Source: a bacterium
GTDB lineage: Bacteria > Babelota > Babeliae > Babelales > JAUWHS01
Direction of reading: 5' to 3'
DNA length: 21,009 nucleotides
Assembly (NCBI GenBank): GCA_043818275.1
Contig: JBDRFY010000004.1
Span: 1 to 21,009, forward strand
The translations under genes and the position numbers were made by a program. The notes under the pieces are model-generated. The model saw only the letters and a list, made by a program, of their open reading frames with translations. It was not told where the DNA came from and did no database searches. Of this stretch, positions 8,589 through 16,232 are shown in pieces (within the stretch, counting starts at the first letter, position 1; each line of letters begins with the position of its first letter).

Positions 8589-9074
8589 ATGAGTCTTAGC
8601 TTTTTAATGATCAAGCCCGATTCGTACAACAGGTGCATTGCTGATACTGTTAGAGTTGATGTTCTGGTTTTATGCCGGAATTATCACCTTGAAGTTGTCG
8701 GCCAATGGACAAAAAAGTTAACACGGGAAGAAGTCTTAAGGATATACTCCACCATTCGCGAAAAGTCATTTTTCGACGAATTCATGGGATTGATGGTGTC
8801 CAACTATTCCACACTCATTTTGGTTGACGGAACCGATGCGGTTGTAAAAACCAAACTGATTCGGGGTGATTGTAGGCACAGTAATTCAGATCCTATGAGT
8901 GGCATTCGTGGCAAGTATTGCTATGTAGAAGACATTAGTGCCGACGATTGGGATAAGTTGCTTAAGAGGTGTCATCCTGACACCGAAAGACTTATTCAAA
9001 TCATCATTGGTGGCGTTCTACACGCTCCCGACAGCGAACAGGAAGTTCAACCCACACTAGCCGTGTTTAACTAA
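8589..9074 (+). CDS. Nucleoside diphosphate kinase-like protein (divergent)
   Basis: SD AAGGAG before ATG 8589; FLMIKPD, KLIRG, IRGKY, and catalytic-His region LHAPDS. Confidence 0.8.
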   Translation: MSLSFLMIKPDSYNRCIADTVRVDVLVLCRNYHLEVVGQWTKKLTREEVLRIYSTIREKSFFDEFMGLMVSNYSTLILVDGTDAVVKTKLIRGDCRHSNSDPMSGIRGKYCYVEDISADDWDKLLKRCHPDTERLIQIIIGGVLHAPDSEQEVQPTLAVFN

Positions 9075-9079
9075 AACCC

Positions 9080-9108
9080 AGCAGCGGACTTAATTGCTCG
9101 CTGCTTTT
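9080..9108. terminator. Hairpin between convergent genes
   Basis: Stem AGCAGCG...CGCTGCT followed by Ts. Confidence 0.6.
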
Positions 9109-9631
9109 ATTTGTAAAAATCCTCTTGGAAACTACATATTAAAAATGCTATACGCAATGCTTCAGTAAAACTCTTTTTTCTCTCAATAAGTTCGTCTAAA
9201 TGATCAATAAGAATCTGGGATTTATCACTATTTTCCTTTCGGAAAACTCTTATTGTATCACCAAACTGCTCACCATTGTCTATTTGATCTGAGACTTTTT
9301 TGGGAAGCGGCAATTCACTGCTCATACCAATAAATTGTTTTCCTTGATTGTCAATCATAACAGCAACACAGATTAAATAATATAAACCGTTTATTTTCAG
9401 TAATCCGCCCTCTAATCCTATTGAAAAAGCAAATTCTCTACCATTTTTTGCAGCGTTTCTTGCGCGATTAGTAGCACCAAGTATAGTAGTATCCTCATCT
9501 AAAGGCTGATCTACTATTTCCGAACTGACATCTTGCGGAAGAATATTATATTTTTTGCCCTGTTGCTCAAAAAAATCTTTTACAATTTTTAATTTAGACT
9601 CACTTGTTGTTCCTATCAAAATATTTTCCAT
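9107..9631 (-). CDS. yjjX: Inosine/xanthosine triphosphatase (YjjX/DUF84 family)
   Basis: ILIGTTSESK, VSSEIVDQP, GATNRA, IGLEGG, LPLP. Confidence 0.82.
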   Translation of the reverse strand: MENILIGTTSESKLKIVKDFFEQQGKKYNILPQDVSSEIVDQPLDEDTTILGATNRARNAAKNGREFAFSIGLEGGLLKINGLYYLICVAVMIDNQGKQFIGMSSELPLPKKVSDQIDNGEQFGDTIRVFRKENSDKSQILIDHLDELIERKKSFTEALRIAFLICSFQEDFYK

Positions 9632-9636
9632 TTTTT

Positions 9637-10839
9637 TTATTTTAATTTTAATTCGTGCCCCATTCTTTTTTGCTTGGTTGCTAGATAATGTTTATTATCC
9701 TTGCACGGTTTTATCTCAAGCGGAATTCTACCCTCAACAATAACGCCGAGCTCTTCTAATTCCCTTATTTTTTCCAAATTATTTGTTAAAATTTTCACGC
9801 TTTTTATTTTCAAGTCATTTAAAATATCCCTAACAGCTGTATATTCTCTCATTTCTATTGGAAAACCCAGCATCTCATTTGCATCTACGGTATCGGCCCC
9901 TCTCCTTTGCAAGTTATAGGCGTCTATTTTATTAACAATGTTTATACCACGTCCTTCCTGGAACAGATAAATCAATAACCCTTGTTTGTTTTTCTCAATC
10001 ATTGATAATGCCCTTGCCAACTGATCCCCACAATCGCAAAGCAAAGATCCAAAAATATCACCGGTAGCACAAGAAGAATGAACTCTTAATAAAACGCCTT
10101 TTTTATTTTCGATATCGCCCTTAATTATTGCTATTCCTGTTGTGTAATCTATTTTTGACAAATAGGTTATGATATCAAATAAGCCAAATTTGGTATTCAA
10201 TTTTGAGCTCGATTTTCTTTCGTAAGTAGTCTGAATATTTTTTTCATGGCTTTTTATCTTTTCGAAAATAGAACTAATAACAAAGTGTTTTGGTTGATTG
10301 GCGCTGACACTGAAATATGATTCTGATATGGGCGATAAAATACGGATGGCGTCGGTCACAAATTCAAAAAAGGTATAATATTCGTTTTTAATATCTTCTC
10401 TGTTAATTTTGTTTTTCAGCATTGCACTACCGCAATTTGAGCAAAAATTCCCTTTAATAATATGAAAATCACCTTTATAAATAAACCCACACTTCTCGCA
10501 GAAAAATCTATTTTCTAAATTGGAAATTACTCTTTCTAAGTTAATATTCAGTTGAATAATAGATTTAACGGTGACTTTTTTTTTATTAAGTATTTCCAAC
10601 AGGAATTGAGCCTCTTCTTTGTTAATAGGAAAACCGCTCAACACAATTTTATCATTTTCGCCAAACCCATTTATGAGACTATTTTTTAAAAGTTTTAATT
10701 TATTTTCTTTATTTGTTTTAACTTTGATGTCGCGCCAAGCGATATGCAAAGCATCAAAAAAATCTGCTATTGTTTTTGAATACAGTGTCTTATTTGCCCC
10801 CGGTGGTCCCACGAAAATATAAATTTCTTTTTGGTTCAT
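9637..10839 (-). CDS. ribA: Fusion of an adenylate kinase-like domain (Zn-LID, degenerate) and GTP cyclohydrolase II
   Basis: N-terminal half: GPPGANKT, SGFP, CEKC..CSNC. C-terminal half: RVHSSCATGDIFGSLLCDCGDQL, QEGRGI, DTVDAN, LTNN, YLATK..RMGH. Confidence 0.9.
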   Translation of the reverse strand: MNQKEIYIFVGPPGANKTLYSKTIADFFDALHIAWRDIKVKTNKENKLKLLKNSLINGFGENDKIVLSGFPINKEEAQFLLEILNKKKVTVKSIIQLNINLERVISNLENRFFCEKCGFIYKGDFHIIKGNFCSNCGSAMLKNKINREDIKNEYYTFFEFVTDAIRILSPISESYFSVSANQPKHFVISSIFEKIKSHEKNIQTTYERKSSSKLNTKFGLFDIITYLSKIDYTTGIAIIKGDIENKKGVLLRVHSSCATGDIFGSLLCDCGDQLARALSMIEKNKQGLLIYLFQEGRGINIVNKIDAYNLQRRGADTVDANEMLGFPIEMREYTAVRDILNDLKIKSVKILTNNLEKIRELEELGVIVEGRIPLEIKPCKDNKHYLATKQKRMGHELKLK

Positions 10840-10843
10840 AATT

Positions 10844-11824
10844 TTATAAATAACTTATTTGATAAGAATTTGACATTTTTTTAAGCGGCCTCAGAATCTC
10901 TTTATTATATCTTGTTCCCTTCTCATATCCCATAGACCCAATATTCATAAATTTCACTCCTCTGCTTTGTAATTCTTCACATATTTTAAAATATAAATAC
11001 CTCGACAGACCGGATGTTCCGTATTTTTGCCCGTTTATTTCGTAACCGTTCAAGCATTTATTAATGATGCATATTACAGAATCAGGTCGGACAATTTCTG
11101 CAAGTAAAGCACCGCACAGTTTATTATCAAAATCAACTAATCTTGTCATAAAATTAGGATTTTCCCTGTTTTCTATAAAAAAATCTAAATAATCCAAATC
11201 TGATCTTTCCCGATTAATGCTATACTTCGTACCTTGGGTAGCAAGCCAATTTCTAAAGAGCTCCTGTAATTCTTCCTTCGTTTGAGTGGTCATCTCTATA
11301 TAACTGCATTTGCCAGTCTTTTCAATTTTATTTACATTTTGTCGTAGACTGCCGTAATCCTTACCAGCTAACGAAGCAGTTCTCTCGGTTGATAGTATGG
11401 CTTCCTCAGAAGAATGGGCTGATATCATGTGTTTGTAATTTAATAAAAACTCATGATTTTTTATGTATTCCTCTGAAATTCCCCTAATTGAAAGCGGCAT
11501 GCCAGCCGAAGATGCGTCATTATAAATTCCATCAAATTCTGTGGGATCTAATATTGGATCAATAAGTTGTAATCCGTTATCCCTGCGCAAGGCCAAATTC
11601 ATCCCTTTAGTTTTCAATAAAAAGGGTGAGAATTTTGGATCATGTAAAAGCTTATTTAGGTAGGTAGCGCACTGCTCAAAAAGAACTTCGCTTTCATACC
11701 CAAACCTTTCCAGGTATTCAGATTTTAATCTATCCGTATTTTCGGGTTCAAGCTCAAATGGAGCCAACCATTTTTCTGAAAATTCCTCACCATCATTAGC
11801 TTCATGAAATGATTCGTTTTTCAT
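10844..11824 (-). CDS. DUF2156 / LPG_synthase_C-like aminoacyl-tRNA-dependent transferase (GNAT fold)
   Basis: LAGKDYGSLRQNVNK, INKCL, and FMNIGSMGYEKGTRYNKEILRP resemble DUF2156 motifs. Confidence 0.68.
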   Translation of the reverse strand: MKNESFHEANDGEEFSEKWLAPFELEPENTDRLKSEYLERFGYESEVLFEQCATYLNKLLHDPKFSPFLLKTKGMNLALRRDNGLQLIDPILDPTEFDGIYNDASSAGMPLSIRGISEEYIKNHEFLLNYKHMISAHSSEEAILSTERTASLAGKDYGSLRQNVNKIEKTGKCSYIEMTTQTKEELQELFRNWLATQGTKYSINRERSDLDYLDFFIENRENPNFMTRLVDFDNKLCGALLAEIVRPDSVICIINKCLNGYEINGQKYGTSGLSRYLYFKICEELQSRGVKFMNIGSMGYEKGTRYNKEILRPLKKMSNSYQISYL

Positions 11825-12954
11825 AATTTTATTTCGCCCATCTTAATAAGGCTAATATTTTTAGATTTTAAAAAATCTTCATATATTTTCTTAAAATGAT
11901 TACCTATATGCATATAAACCGAAGGAATTGTTGAAACATCTGTGCCCTTTGGAGGTATCGGGAATTTTTTAGCCTTGATTTTATTATTTATTGAGACTAA
12001 CCTACAAGAAATATCCTGCTCAAACTGAATATAAAAACTACCATCATCCTTACCCTGCGTAAGTTGTAATTTAGAGAAGCCTGTTTCTATATTATATTTT
12101 GTCTTATAAAATTCTTCAAGTTGGGCGAAAAAATCAAAATCTCTGCCGAAATGTTTAATACCAGATAATGATAGTACCCAATATATTATCTCCTTGCATG
12201 GCAACAAAATGCCTTCTCGAAGCGATTCAATTATTTTAATTGCTTGATTAGGATTGAATTGATTTATAGTTTTTAAATTATTTGTGTACATAAAATATGG
12301 TGGTGCAATAAGAGATGAATTATTAATCAGATTATCAAGGCTGAAAGGCGTATTTTTGGAATTTTCCATAAGCCAAGGTACAAATTCTTTAATAATAGTG
12401 GTCTGCATAAAACTTTGAGAGTATGTATTATAGAATTCGGCTACATCGGTGAAATCTAAAAATTTATAAATCTCCACCACTAACTTTTTGTAAAAATCAG
12501 ACGAGCTTATGTTCGGATTTTCATTAATAATTTTACCATAGATTTTCATTAATGTTTGGAATCTGTCCAAATAAGCCTTTTTTAATATTGCCTTTTTATA
12601 TTTTGGATAATTGAGAACTAAATCCAGGCAATTTCCCAATTCATTTAGCTGTCCGTCGAGATCGGGTTTAAGCACCGACGATTTTCCCTGAATCTGATTT
12701 ACAGGGAAAATAAAATATTTAGTGTCGTTCGGAGCAAAAATTCCAGAGTCTAAAATAAAATCAGTTCGGCTCTTTTTTATTTTAGGATAAATACTGTCCC
12801 AAATTATTACTTTGACGCCACCCAGCCGCATGAGTCGATGATGCGAATCAATCAATCTGATTGGAATACTAGAATAAACATGATCCACGGTTGAAATTGT
12901 AGACTCCTGAATACCGGTTATTTCTTTAAATTTTTCCTTAAAAAATTTATCCAT
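11821..12954 (-). CDS. Hypothetical soluble protein, first gene of the operon
   Basis: Long ORF; likely start is ATG 12954 (the track uses TTG 12972); its stop overlaps the next ATG (ATGA). Confidence 0.75.
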   Translation of the reverse strand: MDKFFKEKFKEITGIQESTISTVDHVYSSIPIRLIDSHHRLMRLGGVKVIIWDSIYPKIKKSRTDFILDSGIFAPNDTKYFIFPVNQIQGKSSVLKPDLDGQLNELGNCLDLVLNYPKYKKAILKKAYLDRFQTLMKIYGKIINENPNISSSDFYKKLVVEIYKFLDFTDVAEFYNTYSQSFMQTTIIKEFVPWLMENSKNTPFSLDNLINNSSLIAPPYFMYTNNLKTINQFNPNQAIKIIESLREGILLPCKEIIYWVLSLSGIKHFGRDFDFFAQLEEFYKTKYNIETGFSKLQLTQGKDDGSFYIQFEQDISCRLVSINNKIKAKKFPIPPKGTDVSTIPSVYMHIGNHFKKIYEDFLKSKNISLIKMGEIKL

Positions 12955-12970
12955 GTTAATTAATTTTAAC

Positions 12971-12999
12971 AAAAAAGACCGCTCTCTGCAAACGGTCTC
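12971..12999 (-). terminator. Terminator of the second GreA-like gene
   Basis: On the minus strand, stem AGACCG...CGGTCT followed by a T run. Confidence 0.65.
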
Positions 13000-13020
13000 A
13001 TAACTAAAACTACTTCGTTC

Positions 13021-13491
13021 CTATTTACAGGAAGATGGCGGAAAAATCTGACCGATTGTTACCGTAATTTTCCTGATATCGGCTATAAAACTTATCGTTT
13101 CTCCTGACTTTGCACCAAGAATAGCTTTGCCCAATGGGCTATCCATTGAGAGCGAGTCCTCTGAACCGGGAAGAACAAAGCTTTCAATTAAGTAGTTTTC
13201 CGTATCTCCATCCTTGTAGATAATTTCTACCATATTGCCGAACTGAACGCTTTTGTTTTGTTCAACTGGCTCAACGATTTCAGCATTGGCAAGCACCGTT
13301 GCAAAATTATTGGCTATGCTGTCATGAACAAATGTTTCTCTTAAGCTTAACTGGTATCCCTCATCATGATGGCCATCTTGCTCGGCACCAGACTGGTAAC
13401 CACTGCCAGCGATGTCGTCAGCCTTTTTTCTTGCTTTTTCGACCATCGTCTTGAGCTCCGCGAACTTTTTGGGAGTAAAAAAATGTCTCAC
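13021..13491 (-). CDS. GreA/GreB family elongation factor (divergent paralogue)
   Basis: SD GGAGG and GTG start; tip QDGHHDEGYQ; VQFGNMVEI; LSMDSPLGKAILGAKSGE. Confidence 0.85.
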   Translation of the reverse strand: MRHFFTPKKFAELKTMVEKARKKADDIAGSGYQSGAEQDGHHDEGYQLSLRETFVHDSIANNFATVLANAEIVEPVEQNKSVQFGNMVEIIYKDGDTENYLIESFVLPGSEDSLSMDSPLGKAILGAKSGETISFIADIRKITVTIGQIFPPSSCK

Positions 13492-13528
13492 GATTAGTCC
13501 TCCACATTCAAGGGTAGCTAATTGTTTT

Positions 13529-13575
13529 CTTTCAATGAACCTATTTGATTATAACACAATATATATTTTTTTCAA
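13529..13575 (-). promoter_or_regulatory. Promoter of the second GreA-like gene
   Basis: TTGAAA, 16 bp, TGnTATAAT on the minus strand, followed by GTTCATTGAAA. Confidence 0.55.
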
Positions 13576-13619
13576 GGACGTGTATTAAATTATATAAAAT
13601 CAAACTGAAAGCATGTCGA

Positions 13620-13730
13620 GTATATGTATAAAGTATAAAGGAGTATAAAAAGATAAAGAGATAAAAGAGAGATAAAAGGGTCAGGTACCTTTAAATTCCT
13701 CTACAGGTAAAGGGCGAGTCTTGCCTTCCC
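13620..13730. repeat. Second stutter array leading into other REP-like imperfect palindromes
   Basis: GTATAAA/AGATAAA(A)G iterations end in AAAAGGGTCAGGTACCTTT, then AAGGGCGAGTCTTGCCTT. Confidence 0.6.
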
Positions 13731-13895
13731 TTAATTTCTAAAATTTTTTTAATTGTTTCTTCTTTTATCGGCATAATTATTTTTTTCTTTTTTTTATTTT
13801 ACCACAAGAAATGCAAACAAAAAAGACGGGTTAACTCGCCCTTCTTTTTTTATCGCCTCCAAATAATATTTTTAATGAAAAATGGTGAAAAATGG
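13724..13895. repeat. Copy 2 of the intergenic element
   Basis: Aligns by eye to 8231-8432; lacks the CCTCGGCAAT...TTTTCAT segment. Confidence 0.9.
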
Positions 13896-14015
13896 AAAAT
13901 GGTGGAAAATGTGGAAAATGGGGAAAATGTAAAATGGAAAAATGAAAAATGGGGACAGCCACCATTTTATTGTTTTTTTGAAAAATGAAAAATGGGGACA
14001 GCCACCGTTTTTTTT
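13877..14015. repeat. AAAATG(G) stutter array plus two REP-like hairpins (reverse orientation)
   Basis: About 10 AAAATG units, then AAAAATGGGGACAGCCACCATTTT at 13945-13968 and a second copy from 13988. Confidence 0.88.
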
Positions 14016-14043
14016 AGTTATTATTTTTCCCAATGTCTTTCCT

Positions 14044-14669
14044 TCAAAAATAAATTTCGAATCTCTTTTTAATGTCTGTAAATTTCTCTTTTCTGAAGTT
14101 GAACTTAAAGCCGGGCCTGTCGTTTAAATTCTCGCACACTTTGTAAAAATCTTTGTCGTTAAGAATTTTTAAATTAAGTTCCGCGCAAACTGACGAGATT
14201 TTTTTGTTCGCCTTTTTTACATTATCTGAGTTAGTGGCAATTTCTGCCTCAAAATAGCAACCCCAACCAGGAACTTCTACTAAAGCAAATTCAACTTGTT
14301 CATATAAATATAAATAAGTTTTCGTCGCCTGCAACACCCCATAATAAAAACCAAGTAAATTTAAAAATTCTGCCATCTCTCCGAACTTTTTCGAGTCTAT
14401 CGGAAATAAAAATTCTTTTCTTGCATCGTTTCCGCTCCATTTACCATACTTTAAAACTAACTCTGATTTTTTATTTGTAATCCTTATTCTCAAATCTATG
14501 GGGTTATCTTTATCCAAATCAAAATTTTCCTCTTTTCCGTGTAAAAAATAGATCACAGAAAATCTATTCTTTTCTCCGATAAATTTTCCTTTTTTTTCAA
14601 AAACTTATTTAAATCTTTAAATTTTTTCGCGGACAAAAGTCCACGGTGTTCAACTTCAATTTTTGTCAT
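14044..14669 (-). CDS. CYTH-domain triphosphatase / class IV adenylate cyclase-like protein, split by a frameshift at an A8 run
   Basis: ATG 14669 gives MTKIEVEHRG (ExE motif) in a different frame from LRIR..LVLK..RKE..YFEAE. A -1 shift at 14590-14597 joins them. Confidence 0.8.
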
Positions 14670-14739
14670 GTTTTTTATAAAATATTTTTAAAATTGTGGT
14701 TCCACGATTCTTGTTTTGATTTTAGTTTTTTTTACGAAT

Positions 14740-15165
14740 TTATTTGAAAAATTTTTTAATTGTCGCTTTTACGCCCGGGGTATATTCTAAATTTTTCCGC
14801 TCATTTTTTGAAACCCATTTAAATTCCGTATGTTCTTCGCTTAATAATACATCTCCATTAATCGGCCGCGCCTTAAATCCATAAATATTAAATTTTTTAT
14901 CTGGGCAGTTATAAACGCAAAAATGATTCTTTTTTAACTCTATGTCTAAACCGCTTTCTTCTTTTGCCTCTCTTTTTGCGGCTTCTTGCAGGGTTTCTCC
15001 GCTTTTTACATTTCCCCCGGGCAAATCCCAAAAATTTGGATAACTCGGTTCATGCGAGCTTCTTTTTAAAACAAGAATTTTTTTCTGACTGCTAAAAATT
15101 ACAACGCTAACGCATTTTTTCTTGGGTTTTTTTGAGTTGTAAATTTTACTTGGAATATGGTTCAC
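14740..15165 (-). CDS. NUDIX hydrolase (MutT-like)
   Basis: GGNVKSGETLQEAAKREAKEESGL; LSEEHTEFKW. Confidence 0.92.
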   Translation of the reverse strand: MNHIPSKIYNSKKPKKKCVSVVIFSSQKKILVLKRSSHEPSYPNFWDLPGGNVKSGETLQEAAKREAKEESGLDIELKKNHFCVYNCPDKKFNIYGFKARPINGDVLLSEEHTEFKWVSKNERKNLEYTPGVKATIKKFFK

Positions 15166-15238
15166 AATTTAAATTTTTTTGTTTATAATTTTGCCATAGA
15201 TTTTGCATTGGGGCTATTTTTGTGGTAGTTTAAATAAT

Positions 15239-15592
15239 ATGAAAAAATTTTTAAAACTAACTGCTTTTAAGATTATCCTTACGATAATAATAGTGTTGGC
15301 GGCCTTCGGCGGCAATCTTCTCTATTCAAACAGCATAACTGTTGTTGAAGATAAGATTGTGGAACCGAATTTAGCAATAAGAACAATAAATTTTGTGTCA
15401 AATATCATTTTTTACCCTGCCCGTCTTATCAACAACCTTTTTATCACTAAAAGTTTTATTGCTAATTTAATCACTAATGAGTCGCAGAGCTACATGATCC
15501 TTCTGTTTTTGTTTAGTTTTTTATTACCTGTTATTTTAGAAGCATATTTAATAAGCTGCTTTATTTCTGTACTTATTCGTAGAAAGCAATAA
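15239..15592 (+). CDS. Small membrane protein, paralogue of 5544..5927
   Basis: ATG 15239 gives MKKFLKLTAFKI; FGG.LLY, IIFYPAR, YLISC. Confidence 0.78.
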   Translation: MKKFLKLTAFKIILTIIIVLAAFGGNLLYSNSITVVEDKIVEPNLAIRTINFVSNIIFYPARLINNLFITKSFIANLITNESQSYMILLFLFSFLLPVILEAYLISCFISVLIRRKQ

Positions 15593-15597
15593 AGAGA

Positions 15598-15636
15598 GAG
15601 ACCAAGCATAAAACGAGTTATGCTTGGTCTTTTTTT
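15598..15636. terminator. Terminator between convergent genes
   Basis: Perfect stem AGACCAAGCATAA / TTATGCTTGGTCT followed by a T run. Confidence 0.8.
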
Positions 15637-15650
15637 GTGGTCTCGCGTTA

Positions 15651-16061
15651 CTACTGAATTCGGAGATACACAAAGTCGCCGCCCCTGAAGTTCTTAAACA
15701 CAATTCTGCATTGTGTTCCTTTCGTCAGGTATAGTCTCCAGCTTGTCGTCCAGGGCCACGGTTGTACATTATTGGACCATATAAACTGCCAACCCACCCG
15801 CGGGGCATAACCGTAAATACTTCCTACGGTATATGGATTATGTTTATATGACCAAATCGGATTGCTCCACCATGTAACAGTACATGGTCTAGCGTCGGGT
15901 GTGTAGTAAACCGTTAAGGTTGAACCGCTGTCAACCGACCAAAGTATTGTCTGTCCGCGCGAGATGGTACCGATCTGATCACCTGCTCTTGCGGCAGCGG
16001 CAAAAACAAAAACCAAGGCCAACACTAACGAAAACACCAGCTTCGACATGCGTTGAGACAT
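15651..16061 (-). CDS. Secreted protein of unknown function, paralogue of 4984..5433
   Basis: Signal peptide MSQRMSKL...AARA/G; shared I(S/T)xGQ, YYxxD.RP and C-terminal VY(I/L)x(V/I). Confidence 0.8.
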   Translation of the reverse strand: MSQRMSKLVFSLVLALVFVFAAAARAGDQIGTISRGQTILWSVDSGSTLTVYYTPDARPCTVTWWSNPIWSYKHNPYTVGSIYGYAPRVGWQFIWSNNVQPWPWTTSWRLYLTKGTQCRIVFKNFRGGDFVYLRIQ

Positions 16062-16124
16062 TGCTTAACTCCTTGTAAAAGAACGAAATGTTGTGGCTAA
16101 AAACAACTTTCAGCCGCTGGCTTT

Positions 16125-16207
16125 ATTTTAGCAAAATAAAAAGTGTTGTCAATAGTTATGACAACAAATATATTGGTTGACACTATCTTAAAATTAGGAT
16201 ATATATT
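16125..16207. promoter_or_regulatory. Divergent promoters with a palindromic operator candidate
   Basis: Minus strand: TTGACA (16152-16147), 16 bp, TGnTAAAAT. Plus strand: TTGACA at 16177. Inverted repeat TGTTGTCA-N7-TGACAACA at 16144-16166. Confidence 0.6.
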
Positions 16208-16232
16208 ATAATTGTTAAATAGGGTGGATTTT

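Noticed and set aside
9637..10250. Riboflavin operon or FMN riboswitch
   Set aside because: Only the RibA domain is present; no ribB/D/E/H and no recognisable riboswitch leader.
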